Assembly: GCA_017454355.1 (NCBI GenBank)
Contig: JAFTDD010000020.1
Coordinates: 3,509 to 67,508, forward strand
DNA length: 64,000 nucleotides
From: Muribaculaceae bacterium
Lineage (GTDB): Bacteria; Bacteroidota; Bacteroidia; Bacteroidales; Muribaculaceae
Direction of reading: 5' to 3'
The position numbers and the translations under genes are program-made. Below, piece after piece: positions 48,753 to 57,800 of the stretch. Under the pieces are notes generated by a model. It was given only the letters and a program-made list of their open reading frames with translations, did not search any database and had not been told where the DNA came from. Within the stretch, counting starts at the first letter, position 1. Each line of letters starts with the position of its first letter.

Positions 48753-49826
48753 ATGCCGGCGAATAAGAATGCGATGACGCGATATATGATACTCGATGGG
48801 TTGCTGAGCAACCGGTATCATGACTATTCTCTCGATGACTTGACCGAGGAGGTGAGCCGTCGGCTGTCGGAGTTGTACTGTGACACGAAGGGGGTCGTCC
48901 GGCGAACTATCGAGAAAGACATTGACTATCTTGAGAACGAGGGACCGTTTATGGCCGAGATTGAACGCCGATGGGTGCCCTGCTTGAACAGAGAAACGGG
49001 CAAGACGACGCAAAAGAAGTGTTTGCGCTACAAAGAGCTCGGCTACTCAATCTTTAAGAAGAAACTCTCGGACGATGAGAAGTACTTGTTAGGCGAGGCG
49101 CTATCGTTGCTTGGACAATTCGATGGGCTACCAAACTTTGAGGCATTGGAGCAGTTACGGCAGAGTCTGCAGATGCCTGACGGATTACGTCATGAGCCTA
49201 TCATATTGTTTACAAAGAACCCGTTGGAGAACTCAAATCTGCTCGGTGAGTTGTTCACGGCGATTTCACAAAAACAAGTCATCGAACTCCATTATCACAC
49301 ATTCGCCGCACCGGACACAGTCAAACAGATTATCTTCCACCCTTATCTGTTGAAAGAGTACAACCGCCGTTGGTACGTTATTGGCGTTGCCGATTGTGAC
49401 GGAAAGATTCTATCTTTCAGTTTGGACCGCATAGACACGATTATGCCGCAAACGGCTCTTGACTATATCGAGCCAAGCGAAAATCTGGCTGAGCGTTTTG
49501 AGGACATTATCGGGGTTACTTATTTCGATGACAGCCCTATCTACCAAATTGTTTTCTGGGCCGATGACACAGAGATGCATTATATCAAGACAAAGCCGAT
49601 TCATGAGTCACAAAGGAACCTGACAAAAGAAAAAGCGGAACGGTTGCGAGAAGAGACCCCGTCGCTCAAAGGCGGCGCATTTTTCAGAATAGACTGCAAG
49701 TGTAATTACGAACTGATACGCGAACTTGCTTCATTCGGCAGCGGGGTGATTGTGCTGTCGCCTGCAGTGATACGAGATAAAATAATAAAACGTGTAAAGG
49801 AGATGGCTGTTTCATATAATTGTTGA
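48753..49826 (+). CDS. WYL-domain transcriptional regulator (wHTH-WYL-WCX)
   Basis: N-terminal HTH 'RRTIEKDI'; 'HPYLLKEYNRRWYVIG...FSLDRI'; 'TKPIHESQ', 'NYELIRELASFG...VLSP'. Confidence 0.92.
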   Translation: MPANKNAMTRYMILDGLLSNRYHDYSLDDLTEEVSRRLSELYCDTKGVVRRTIEKDIDYLENEGPFMAEIERRWVPCLNRETGKTTQKKCLRYKELGYSIFKKKLSDDEKYLLGEALSLLGQFDGLPNFEALEQLRQSLQMPDGLRHEPIILFTKNPLENSNLLGELFTAISQKQVIELHYHTFAAPDTVKQIIFHPYLLKEYNRRWYVIGVADCDGKILSFSLDRIDTIMPQTALDYIEPSENLAERFEDIIGVTYFDDSPIYQIVFWADDTEMHYIKTKPIHESQRNLTKEKAERLREETPSLKGGAFFRIDCKCNYELIRELASFGSGVIVLSPAVIRDKIIKRVKEMAVSYNC

Positions 49827-49829
49827 AAG

Positions 49830-49875
49830 TACGAACAAAGAGTTCGCAACGTCTCTCTAACTTTGCAGCGCAAAA
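49830..49875 (+). promoter_or_regulatory. Operator + -7 box of the HAD-PRTase-DprA operon
   Basis: TACGAACAAAGAGTTCGCAA-N8-TAACTTTG-CAGCGCAAAA. Confidence 0.7.
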
Positions 49876-49892
49876 TTTAATAATTGCGCTTT

Positions 49893-50447
49893 ATGAGGGA
49901 CAGTTCAACACAACTCACGTTCGTTTTTGACCTTGACAATACATTGGTCGAAACAGACATTGCCAACAGTTTGGCTTATATTGATGCTATCGCTCTTGTG
50001 CTCGGCACAACAGTCAGTTGGGACTTCAGCAGCCGATTCACCCGCGAACGGTTGTCATCAATGTTTCCTGGCTTGTCGGATGAATTATACAATAGGGTCA
50101 TACGGGCCAAGAATGGGTGCTTCCAAGCCCACATTGCCGAAACAACGTTAAACATGAACTTGGTCAGAATCTTGAACTGTCTGCATCAAAACCGGAATCG
50201 GACCATCCTTTTGACTAATAGTCACAGAGGACGTGCGCTGGATATTTGCAATCACTATGGCATCACTCAACTCTTTTCGGAACAATACTTTGCCGAAGAC
50301 AAGGAGAGTGGTACAAAGTATGATATTCTCGTCCGAAACGGGTACGACCTTGATGCGGTCGTCCTCTTTGAGAACGAGGCCGATTGTGCCCGTCAGGCTG
50401 TGGAAAGAGGCATAGCAGAGATTAATATTATTAATGTTAAATTTTAA
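49893..50447 (+). CDS. HAD-superfamily hydrolase
   Basis: Motif I 'FDLDNTL', motif II 'LLTNS', Lys and 'LFENE' motif IV. Confidence 0.85.
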   Translation: MRDSSTQLTFVFDLDNTLVETDIANSLAYIDAIALVLGTTVSWDFSSRFTRERLSSMFPGLSDELYNRVIRAKNGCFQAHIAETTLNMNLVRILNCLHQNRNRTILLTNSHRGRALDICNHYGITQLFSEQYFAEDKESGTKYDILVRNGYDLDAVVLFENEADCARQAVERGIAEINIINVKF

Positions 50448-50459
50448 AAATAATTCAAA

Positions 50460-51119
50460 ATGAAGAGTTTTACAATTCTTTCGAGCGAGAGTACCTTTCG
50501 CGGTGACATTTTCGGAGTGCGTTGCCTTTCACATGACGTGCAGGCGTTTTATCATGAGGACTACTATAGTGGCGGTCGCTGGAGAGAGCCGGGCACTATT
50601 GAAAACACAATCTGCACGTTGAAGAATGATATCACGCCTTATCCGGCGATTGTCCTTCAGGCTGCCCGTAAAAACCTTGCCCGTATCCTCGAGACAGACC
50701 TGCCTCAAATTCTGCGGGCCACCGGTATGTCGTCGCTGAGGGTTTGCGTCATCCCGAGAGCCAAGCGGGAAGAGACTTATCGCTATGACCAACTCTATTT
50801 GAGGGCTACCATACAACTGGTTGTTATGCGGCTTACGGGATTCGAAGACGGAACTCATGACATCATCCGACACACCGACACTAAGACAACTCACCGCGCT
50901 CGCTCGGGGTTCGGTGGAAACGGGCGCATGCCTTATGCCGGCATCACCAATGACACTTGCACAATTGCCGATGATGTTGTCGGCAAAGACATTCTGTTGA
51001 TTGACGACCTCTACACCAAGACGGTCAACATCGATGAGGACTGTCTCCAGGCACTCTTTGACAAAGGTGCAAGGCGGGTGTTCTTCTACTCGATTGGCAA
51101 GACGGTCAGTAGTTATTAA
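50460..51119 (+). CDS. Phosphoribosyltransferase-fold (ComF/PRTase-like) protein
   Basis: PRPP-loop-like 'ILLIDDLYTKT', 'VIPRAK', 'IIRH', 'LFDKGARRV'. Confidence 0.8.
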   Translation: MKSFTILSSESTFRGDIFGVRCLSHDVQAFYHEDYYSGGRWREPGTIENTICTLKNDITPYPAIVLQAARKNLARILETDLPQILRATGMSSLRVCVIPRAKREETYRYDQLYLRATIQLVVMRLTGFEDGTHDIIRHTDTKTTHRARSGFGGNGRMPYAGITNDTCTIADDVVGKDILLIDDLYTKTVNIDEDCLQALFDKGARRVFFYSIGKTVSSY

Positions 51120-51137
51120 CGCTTTAAAACAACGGAT

Positions 51138-52064
51138 ATGCTTTACACCGATAACGCAATAAACGTTTTGACAGTGCGGACGTTCCCCAAGAAAGGCCCT
51201 GCTTGGATTAACAATAATCTGCTTGGGAACGAGTCGATAGCCGAACTGTGCAGTCTCCTTGAAACTGACGAGTACGAGTTCAAGGAGAAAAGCGCACGCA
51301 TTGAGGCTGCCGTCAGCCGCCTTGGTAGTAGTGTCGATGGTCTTGTGGCTCTTGGAGATGTCGACTTCCCGCATATCCGAGGCAATGTCAAGCCGGCCGA
51401 TAAGCCATTTGCTCTGTTTTATAAAGGCGACATTTCCCTCCTAAGCCAGTCGAATCTCAACATCGCTGTCATCGGCGTCTTAAATCCCGACTGCAAGATT
51501 GAGTTGACCGAAAAGATTGTGACGGCCGAGATTTTAAAATGTGGCGCAACTATCGTCAGTGGCCTCGCATTGGGGTGCGACACGATAGCCCATAAGACCG
51601 CTCTTGACCATGGTGCCAAAACAATTGCAGTCCTGCCGAGTCCGTTGAGCGGCATCTATCCAAAAGAGAATGTCGCATTGGCCGAACGGATTGTGGAGAG
51701 TGGCGGTCTCTTGGTCAGCGAATACTATGACGATCCAAAGAGCCGTAATGATATGGTCAGCCGATTCATCGTTAGAGACCGGCTGCAGGCATTATTCTCC
51801 GATGCAATCGTGCTTGCCGCGAGTTATGCCCTCAACAATTTGGGCAATGACTGCGGCTCACGCCACGCAATGGGTAAAGCTAAACTATACGGCATCAAGC
51901 GCGGTGTCATCTATAATGAGGCAAAGCATCACGGCAACCCGATGTTTGACCTAAACAGACAAATTCTGCAAGAGGACCAGTCGGTCATTCGCATTGATTC
52001 CACCAACATGCGGGAAGCAATCCAGCGATTAGTGTCACGCCCCTCTACGTTGTCACTATTCTGA
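51138..52064 (+). CDS. DprA/Smf (SLOG) domain protein lacking the canonical C-terminal domain; ShosA-like
   Basis: 'PFALFYKGD', 'IAVIG', 'IVSGLALGCDTIAHK.AL', 'YPKEN', 'GLLVSEY', 'RDRLQALFS'. Confidence 0.85.
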   Translation: MLYTDNAINVLTVRTFPKKGPAWINNNLLGNESIAELCSLLETDEYEFKEKSARIEAAVSRLGSSVDGLVALGDVDFPHIRGNVKPADKPFALFYKGDISLLSQSNLNIAVIGVLNPDCKIELTEKIVTAEILKCGATIVSGLALGCDTIAHKTALDHGAKTIAVLPSPLSGIYPKENVALAERIVESGGLLVSEYYDDPKSRNDMVSRFIVRDRLQALFSDAIVLAASYALNNLGNDCGSRHAMGKAKLYGIKRGVIYNEAKHHGNPMFDLNRQILQEDQSVIRIDSTNMREAIQRLVSRPSTLSLF

Positions 52065-52084
52065 CAAGGTTTCCGAAATGGACA

Positions 52085-52127
52085 AGATGCGGGCATCGGT
52101 CACTGCGACCGGTGCCCGCATTGCCTT
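52085..52127 (+). terminator. GC-rich hairpin; right copy of the 43-bp direct repeat
   Basis: AGATGCGGGCATCGGTCACTGCGACCGGTGCCCGCATTGCCTT. Confidence 0.8.
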
Positions 52128-52232
52128 CACATTTACACATCTAACATCTTTTTTTGTTGTTTCGTGATTTTTTTATAATTTTGTCGATTGAATGTGACTG
52201 AATTATTAACAACTAAAAACGATATACTGATT

Positions 52233-53108
52233 ATGAAACTTGACGGACGCAGAGAGAGTAGCAATGTGGAGGACCGCCGCGGCATGAGCACCGGCGCCAA
52301 AGTGGGTGTGGGCGGCATAGGCGGCATTATCATCGCGGCGATTATCACGCTGCTGATGGGTGGCAACTTGGGCGACGTGCTCCAGACGGCCGGCCAGATG
52401 GGCCTGCAGCAGGGTGGCCAGACGGCCACGGAGCAGCGTGAGTTCACCGAGGAGGAGCAACAATTGGCCACGTTCTCCAAGCAGATTCTCGCCAGCACCG
52501 AGGATGTGTGGAGCAAGGTGTTCCGCGAGCAAGGTCTGGGCGAGTATAAGAATCCGACGTTGGTGTTGTACACCGACAACACGCAGACGTCTTGCGGCCA
52601 GGGCAGCGCGGCGATGGGTCCGTTCTATTGCAGCGGCGACCAGAAACTCTACATCGACCTGTCGTTCTTTGCCACAATGAAGCAGCAACTCGGTGCCGAG
52701 GGCGACTTTGCCTACGCCTACGTTATCGCCCACGAGGTGGGTCACCATGTGGAGTATTTGACGGGCCAACTGCAGCAGGCTCACCAGCAGATGTCGCGCA
52801 TGAATGAGAAGGACGCCAACCGCGTGAGTGTGCGTCTGGAGTTGCTGGCCGACTTCTATGCCGGAGTGTGGGCTCACTATGAGAAGAAGATGTTCGGCTC
52901 GCTCGACGCGGGCGACCTGCAGGAGGCGATCCGCTGCGCCAGCGTGATTGGTGACGACTATCTGCAGAAGCGCGCCCAGGGCTACGACGTGCCCGAGAGT
53001 TTCACTCACGGCACGAGCCAGCAGCGCATGAAGTGGCTCAAACTCGGTTTTGACACCGGCGACATGCGTCAGGGCACCACCTTCCAGCAGAGCGACGCCA
53101 CGCTTTAA
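52233..53108 (+). CDS. ypfJ: Neutral zinc metallopeptidase (YpfJ family)
   Basis: 'GRRESSNVEDRRG', 'GPFYC', 'AYVIAHEVGHH', 'LELLAD', 'FTHGTS'. Confidence 0.9.
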   Translation: MKLDGRRESSNVEDRRGMSTGAKVGVGGIGGIIIAAIITLLMGGNLGDVLQTAGQMGLQQGGQTATEQREFTEEEQQLATFSKQILASTEDVWSKVFREQGLGEYKNPTLVLYTDNTQTSCGQGSAAMGPFYCSGDQKLYIDLSFFATMKQQLGAEGDFAYAYVIAHEVGHHVEYLTGQLQQAHQQMSRMNEKDANRVSVRLELLADFYAGVWAHYEKKMFGSLDAGDLQEAIRCASVIGDDYLQKRAQGYDVPESFTHGTSQQRMKWLKLGFDTGDMRQGTTFQQSDATL

Positions 53109-53130
53109 GTTTATAGTTTCCAATTTGATA

Positions 53131-53392
53131 GATCCCTTAATTCCGCAACTCTCCAACCTCTCGTCTATTTACGTCTATTTACGTCTATTTTTATCTATTG
53201 GTGTATTTCTCGTAAATTTTCGTAAATTCACGTAAATTAATTATAAACAACATAAAATAAAATATTTACGAAAATTTACGATAAAGATTTTACGGATTTT
53301 TCATGAGAATAATAGACGAAAATAGACGGAAATAGACGAGAGGAATTTTAATTTTGGACAGGCAAACAACGAGTTGCGGATTTTAGGAGATC
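53131..53392. repeat. Complete nested palindromic element with terminal inverted repeats
   Basis: GATCCCTTAATTCCGCAACTC ... GAGTTGCGGATTTTAGGAGATC; inner (CGTCTATTT)x3/(AAATAGACG)x3 and CGTAAATT units. Confidence 0.85.
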
Positions 53393-53416
53393 AAAGAAAT
53401 CTGAGATGTCAAAGGA

Positions 53417-54202
53417 ATGTTTGTGAAGGAGATTGAGAGGTACGAGCAGGTGCGAGCCGACTATGAGCAGCGCATTGTGCGGCGGATGTCTCCCGAGGAC
53501 TTGATGGCGCGCAATGAGATTTTATTCTCTTGCCATTCGTGTGCCATTGAGGGCAACACATTCACCGTTGACGACACGCGCGCACTCTATGAGCAGGGAC
53601 TCGCGATGGTGCCTGCGGGTCGCTCGCTGCTTGAATGTATGGAGATTGCGGACCACTTCCGTGCTTTCAATTTTGTTGTCAACAACCTCGGCGCCACTTT
53701 TGATGAGGCGTTGTTGCGTGAGGCCAATCGCTTGGTGACTGAGCATACGCTATCCTATCGTGCGCCGGGTGCAGTGCCGGGCGGCTATACAACGGTGGAT
53801 ATGGCAGCCGGTGACACAGTGTTTGGCGACCATAAGGCATTGGTGGCGCGTGTGCCGTCGCTTATGGCGTCAACGGCTCGTGCCATTGAGGCCGGCGAGG
53901 TTCATCCGATGGTGCTGGCCGCGCGTTTTCACGGTTTCTTTGAGTATCTTCACCCGTTCCGAGACGGCAACGGGCGCACTGGCCGCTTGCTCTCCAACTG
54001 GATATTGCTGCGTGCCGGCCATCCGTTGCTCATTATCGAGCGCGAGGACCGCGAACGTTACATTGCCGCGTTGAGGCAAATCCGTGAGGAGGGCACCGAC
54101 GAGTATTTGGTGACGTTCTTTTTTGAGGCCGGTGTGCGTCGCATGGAGGCCGAGTTGGAGCAGAAGCGCCGCAACAGCCACTTGCCGCCGTTTGTCTTCT
54201 GA
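53417..54202 (+). CDS. Fic-domain protein (class II, N-terminal inhibitory motif)
   Basis: Canonical HPFRDGNGRTGR; N-terminal SCAIEGN (S/T)xxxE(G/N) motif. Confidence 0.92.
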   Translation: MFVKEIERYEQVRADYEQRIVRRMSPEDLMARNEILFSCHSCAIEGNTFTVDDTRALYEQGLAMVPAGRSLLECMEIADHFRAFNFVVNNLGATFDEALLREANRLVTEHTLSYRAPGAVPGGYTTVDMAAGDTVFGDHKALVARVPSLMASTARAIEAGEVHPMVLAARFHGFFEYLHPFRDGNGRTGRLLSNWILLRAGHPLLIIEREDRERYIAALRQIREEGTDEYLVTFFFEAGVRRMEAELEQKRRNSHLPPFVF

Positions 54203-54220
54203 CTATTCCACGTCCACCCA

Positions 54221-54432
54221 AGCCCCGTTAGGGGCGACGGCTCATAGGCGGGGGCGTGAGCCCCCGTAATAGGACGGTTTCCTCGCATCGCTGATAGCCC
54301 CGTAGGGGCGGCAGAACTCGCAGTGAGTCTGCCGCCCCTACGGGGCTTAAATTGCGTTTGGTGGAGGATGCCTCACGGGGGTTGCGCTTCGCTTCACCCC
54401 CGCCTATGGGCTTTCACCCGCTTCGCGGGTTT
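54221..54432. repeat. REP cluster / REPIN-like palindromic element
   Basis: AGCCCCGTAGGGGCGGCAGA...TCTGCCGCCCCTACGGGGCT nested inside CATAGGCGGGGG...CCCCCGCCTATG. Confidence 0.8.
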
Positions 54433-54441
54433 GAGTAACGG

Positions 54442-54768
54442 CTATTTCTTGAAGTAGTCGTTATACATCTTGATGGCGAAGATGATGACGCTGCAGGTGA
54501 AGGTAATCAGGTTGGTGGCGAAGATAAAGAAGCCTTGACCCGGGTGACCGTCACTCCAGATACCCATCATCAGGCCCTGACAGATGAAACCGAAGCAGCC
54601 GATTGCCATGGCGATGAAGCCGGGCAGCGAGATGCCGTCGGTGTTGCGAGTGCGGATGGTGAGCAGCGCCTGTGGCACGTAGCCCAAAATCAGACCGATG
54701 CTGGCAATCCAGCCGCAGATGTGGAAGAACGAGCCTCCGTTTGCGAAAAAAGAATCCAATAGTACCAT
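54442..54768 (-). CDS. PQ-loop / SemiSWEET-family small transporter
   Basis: Three TM helices with 'YVPQA..TIRTRNTDGISL'. Confidence 0.85.
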   Translation of the reverse strand: MVLLDSFFANGGSFFHICGWIASIGLILGYVPQALLTIRTRNTDGISLPGFIAMAIGCFGFICQGLMMGIWSDGHPGQGFFIFATNLITFTCSVIIFAIKMYNDYFKK

Positions 54769-54810
54769 AGTAAATTAGTTTTTTAAGTTTGTGGTTTTCA
54801 ATCTTATATT

Positions 54811-54874
54811 TCTGAGAAATCTGAGAGTTCTAAGAAATCTAAGAAATCTAAGAAATCTTAGAACTCTCAGATTT
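54811..54874. repeat. 9-bp tandem repeat (TCTAAGAAA) closed by a perfect 19-bp inverted repeat
   Basis: AAATCTGAGAGTTCTAAGA (54817-54835) / TCTTAGAACTCTCAGATTT (54856-54874). Confidence 0.85.
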
Positions 54875-54876
54875 AA

Positions 54877-57800
54877 CTATTTGCCGATTTCCTTGAGGAG
54901 TTCGCGCACGGCGGTGGCGAGTTGGTCGTCGACGCCGTTGACAACGGTGGCGGGGTCGTTGGCTACCTTAACGTCGGGCTCGAGTTGTGAGTTCTCGAGG
55001 TAAGAGCCGTCGGGCAGGCGGTAGCCGATGATGGGTATGCCGAAGAGCATCGAGTCGTCTTGCAGGTCCTCCCAACTGACGCTGGTCATCGTGCCCGGCA
55101 CGGGCATGCCCACCAGGCGACCGATGCCGCAGTGCTTATAGACCCACGGCGTGCCGTGGGCGTTGCTATAGTTGGCCTCACACTGCAGCATGATGCTCGG
55201 CTTGTTCCAGCGGCGGCTGGGCATGTCGCAGGCCTCACGGCCGCGAATGACTTGGGTGAAATACTTCTTGCCGCTGAATAGCACCTCGATGTCCTCGTGC
55301 AGGCGTCCGCCGCCGTTCCAGCGGGTGTCGATCACGATGCCGTCGCGCTTGTAGTATTTGCCCATGATTTGGCTGTAGACGTCGCGGTAACTCGCGTCAC
55401 CCATCGACTTGATGTGGACGTAGCCCAGTCGTCCGCCCGACAGGCTGTCGACGATGGCGGCGTTGCGCTTCACCCAGCGGTCGTAGAGCAGGTTGTTGAG
55501 TTCGCTCTTGGTGATGGGCTTGATGACTTCCTGCCACACGGCGCCCGTTGCCGGGTCGCGCAGGTCGAGTAGCGTCTTGCGTCCGGCCTGGCCGTTGAGC
55601 AGCAGGCTATAGTCATTCTCGACGGTAATGGGCTCGCCGTTGATGCGGTCGATGATGGTGCCGGGGCGCACCTTGCTGCCGGCATGAGCCAGCGGTCCGC
55701 GCGCGATGACCTCCTCAACGCGCAGCCCGGAGCCGGTGTAACTCCAGTCAAAGATTACGCCCAGGTCGGCCGTCGCCTCGCCGCCGCGGGGATAGTAGCG
55801 GCTGCCGGTGTGTGACGCGTTGAGTTCGCCCAGCAACTCGCTGAGCATCTCGGCGAAGTCGTAGTTGTTGTTGATGTGGGGCAAGAACTTGCGATAGTCC
55901 TCCACCATGCGCGGCCAGTCCACGCCGTGGTAGTTGAGGTTATAGAAACGCTTGTCGATTTGGCGGGCAACGTGGTTGAACATTGCCTCGCGCTCATCGG
56001 CAAGGCTCATCTTCATCTCGGCCTTGAAACTGATTGAGGCGAGTTTGTCGCCGCTGATGGTGAGTTTCTGCATTGTGCCCGAGCCCAGGATGAAGAGGCT
56101 CTTGTCGTCTTTGACGGCGGCCATGAAGCGTGCGCGCGAGGCGTTCATCTTGTTGATGAGTTTTGTCTCGTGCTTGCGCAGGTCCATCTTCCACATGTCA
56201 TATCCTTTCTCAAACTTCGAGAGGTAGTAAAGCGTCTCGCCGTCGGGGGTGACCATCGCGCTGGCGATGTCGCTGCTGTTGGGCGTGAGGCGCACGACGC
56301 GGTCGCTGATGCCGTCCAGTTCCACATTAATCAGTGGCGAAGGGTCCTCGGCGGCCTTGTCGTCCTTCTTGTCTTTCTTCTTATCGTCGGTTTTCTTCTC
56401 GTCTTTCTTTTTCTGCTCCTTCTCGAGTTCTTTGAGCAGTTCGTAGTCCTCCTTGCTCAGGCGGTAGCGGTCGTAGGCGTCCTGATTAACGAAGCACAGC
56501 AGCACGTCGTCCTGCGAGCCCCACGAGCCGTGGGCACGCATGCCGTAGCGGTTGCTGCTGAACATGATAGCCTTGCCGCCCATCACCCACACGGGGTTCT
56601 CGCTGAAGTAGCCGCTGCCGGTGATATTGGTGATCTCGCCGCCTTTGGCGCTGACGATGCCCACGTCGGTGTACGGGTCGCGGCCGTTGCCGATAAACTC
56701 GAGCGCGAACCACTCGCCGTCGGGGCTCCACGAGTAGGCGAAGCCGCCGTTGGTCTCATACCACGTGCTGCCGTCGGTGACTTGGCGGATTTTCTTTGTC
56801 TTGATGTCCATCACCATCAGACGGTTACGGTCTTGGATAAAGGCGAGTTCGGTGCCGTCGGGGCTAAAGCGCGGCATCATCCGCTCTACCTTGGCGTCCG
56901 GCGCGAGGATTTGCTCGTCGATGACGGTGGCGTTAGAGAAACTCGGGTCGTCCTTGCGAGCCATGGTAGCCTGCACGAGTTGCCACGTGCCGCCGCGCTC
57001 GCTGGCATAGACCAAGGTGCGGCCGTCGGCGCTCCATGTGGGGTCGTCCTCGGCCTCGGGCGTGGCGCTGATGCGCTTGGTGGTGCCGTACTCAACGTTG
57101 GTGACAAACACATCGCCGCGCACCACAAAGGCCACCTGCTTGCCATCGGGCGAGACGGCGGCCGCCGTGGCGCCCTTGGTGAAGTTGAGGCGCGTCACCT
57201 GGTCGGTGTCGTCGTGGTTGATGACCACGGTAACCTTGCGGGGCGTGCCGCCGGAGTGCGGCATGGTGTAGATGGCGCCGTCGTGGGTAAAGCACACAGT
57301 GCCGTTCTTGGCCACCGAGAGGAAACGCACGGGGTGGCGGTCAAACGTGGTGAGTGCCGTGGCCGGCGCGCCCGCCTCAATGGCCTGGCTATACACGTTA
57401 ATGGCATTGCGGCCGTCGCGCTCACTCAAGAATAGCATCCGGTTGCCGTCGGGGCTCCACACGGGATTGCGGTCCTCGCCGGCGCGATTGGTGAGGTTGG
57501 TGTGGCGGCCGCTCTTGGCGTCGTACAGCCACAGGTCACGCGTGGTGCTGCTGGTGTGGTGCTTGCGCCACTCGTCCTCGATGCCGTAGCGGTCCTGGTA
57601 GAGCATCTGAGTGCCGGCGGCGTTCCACACGGCCCACTCGGCCGGCGTGGCGAGCACTCGCGTGCTCTTGCCGCCCTCCACAGGCACTTTGTATAACTCA
57701 GTCAAACGCGAACTGGGGAAGAGCATACTCGTGGCCGGGTCTTGTATGGCCGCGCTATAGTAGATATATTTGCCGTCGGGCGAGAAACTCCACGGCGTCT

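Larger units (their letters stand above)
43708..52127. mobile_element. Candidate defence island bounded by 43-bp direct repeats
   Basis: Direct repeats at both ends, more AT-rich interior, defence-type genes, no integrase. Confidence 0.65.

Noticed and set aside
50460-52064. Competence operon comF-dprA
   Set aside because: The PRTase lacks the ComF zinc ribbon, the DprA lacks the canonical architecture, and the context is a repeat-bounded WYL island.
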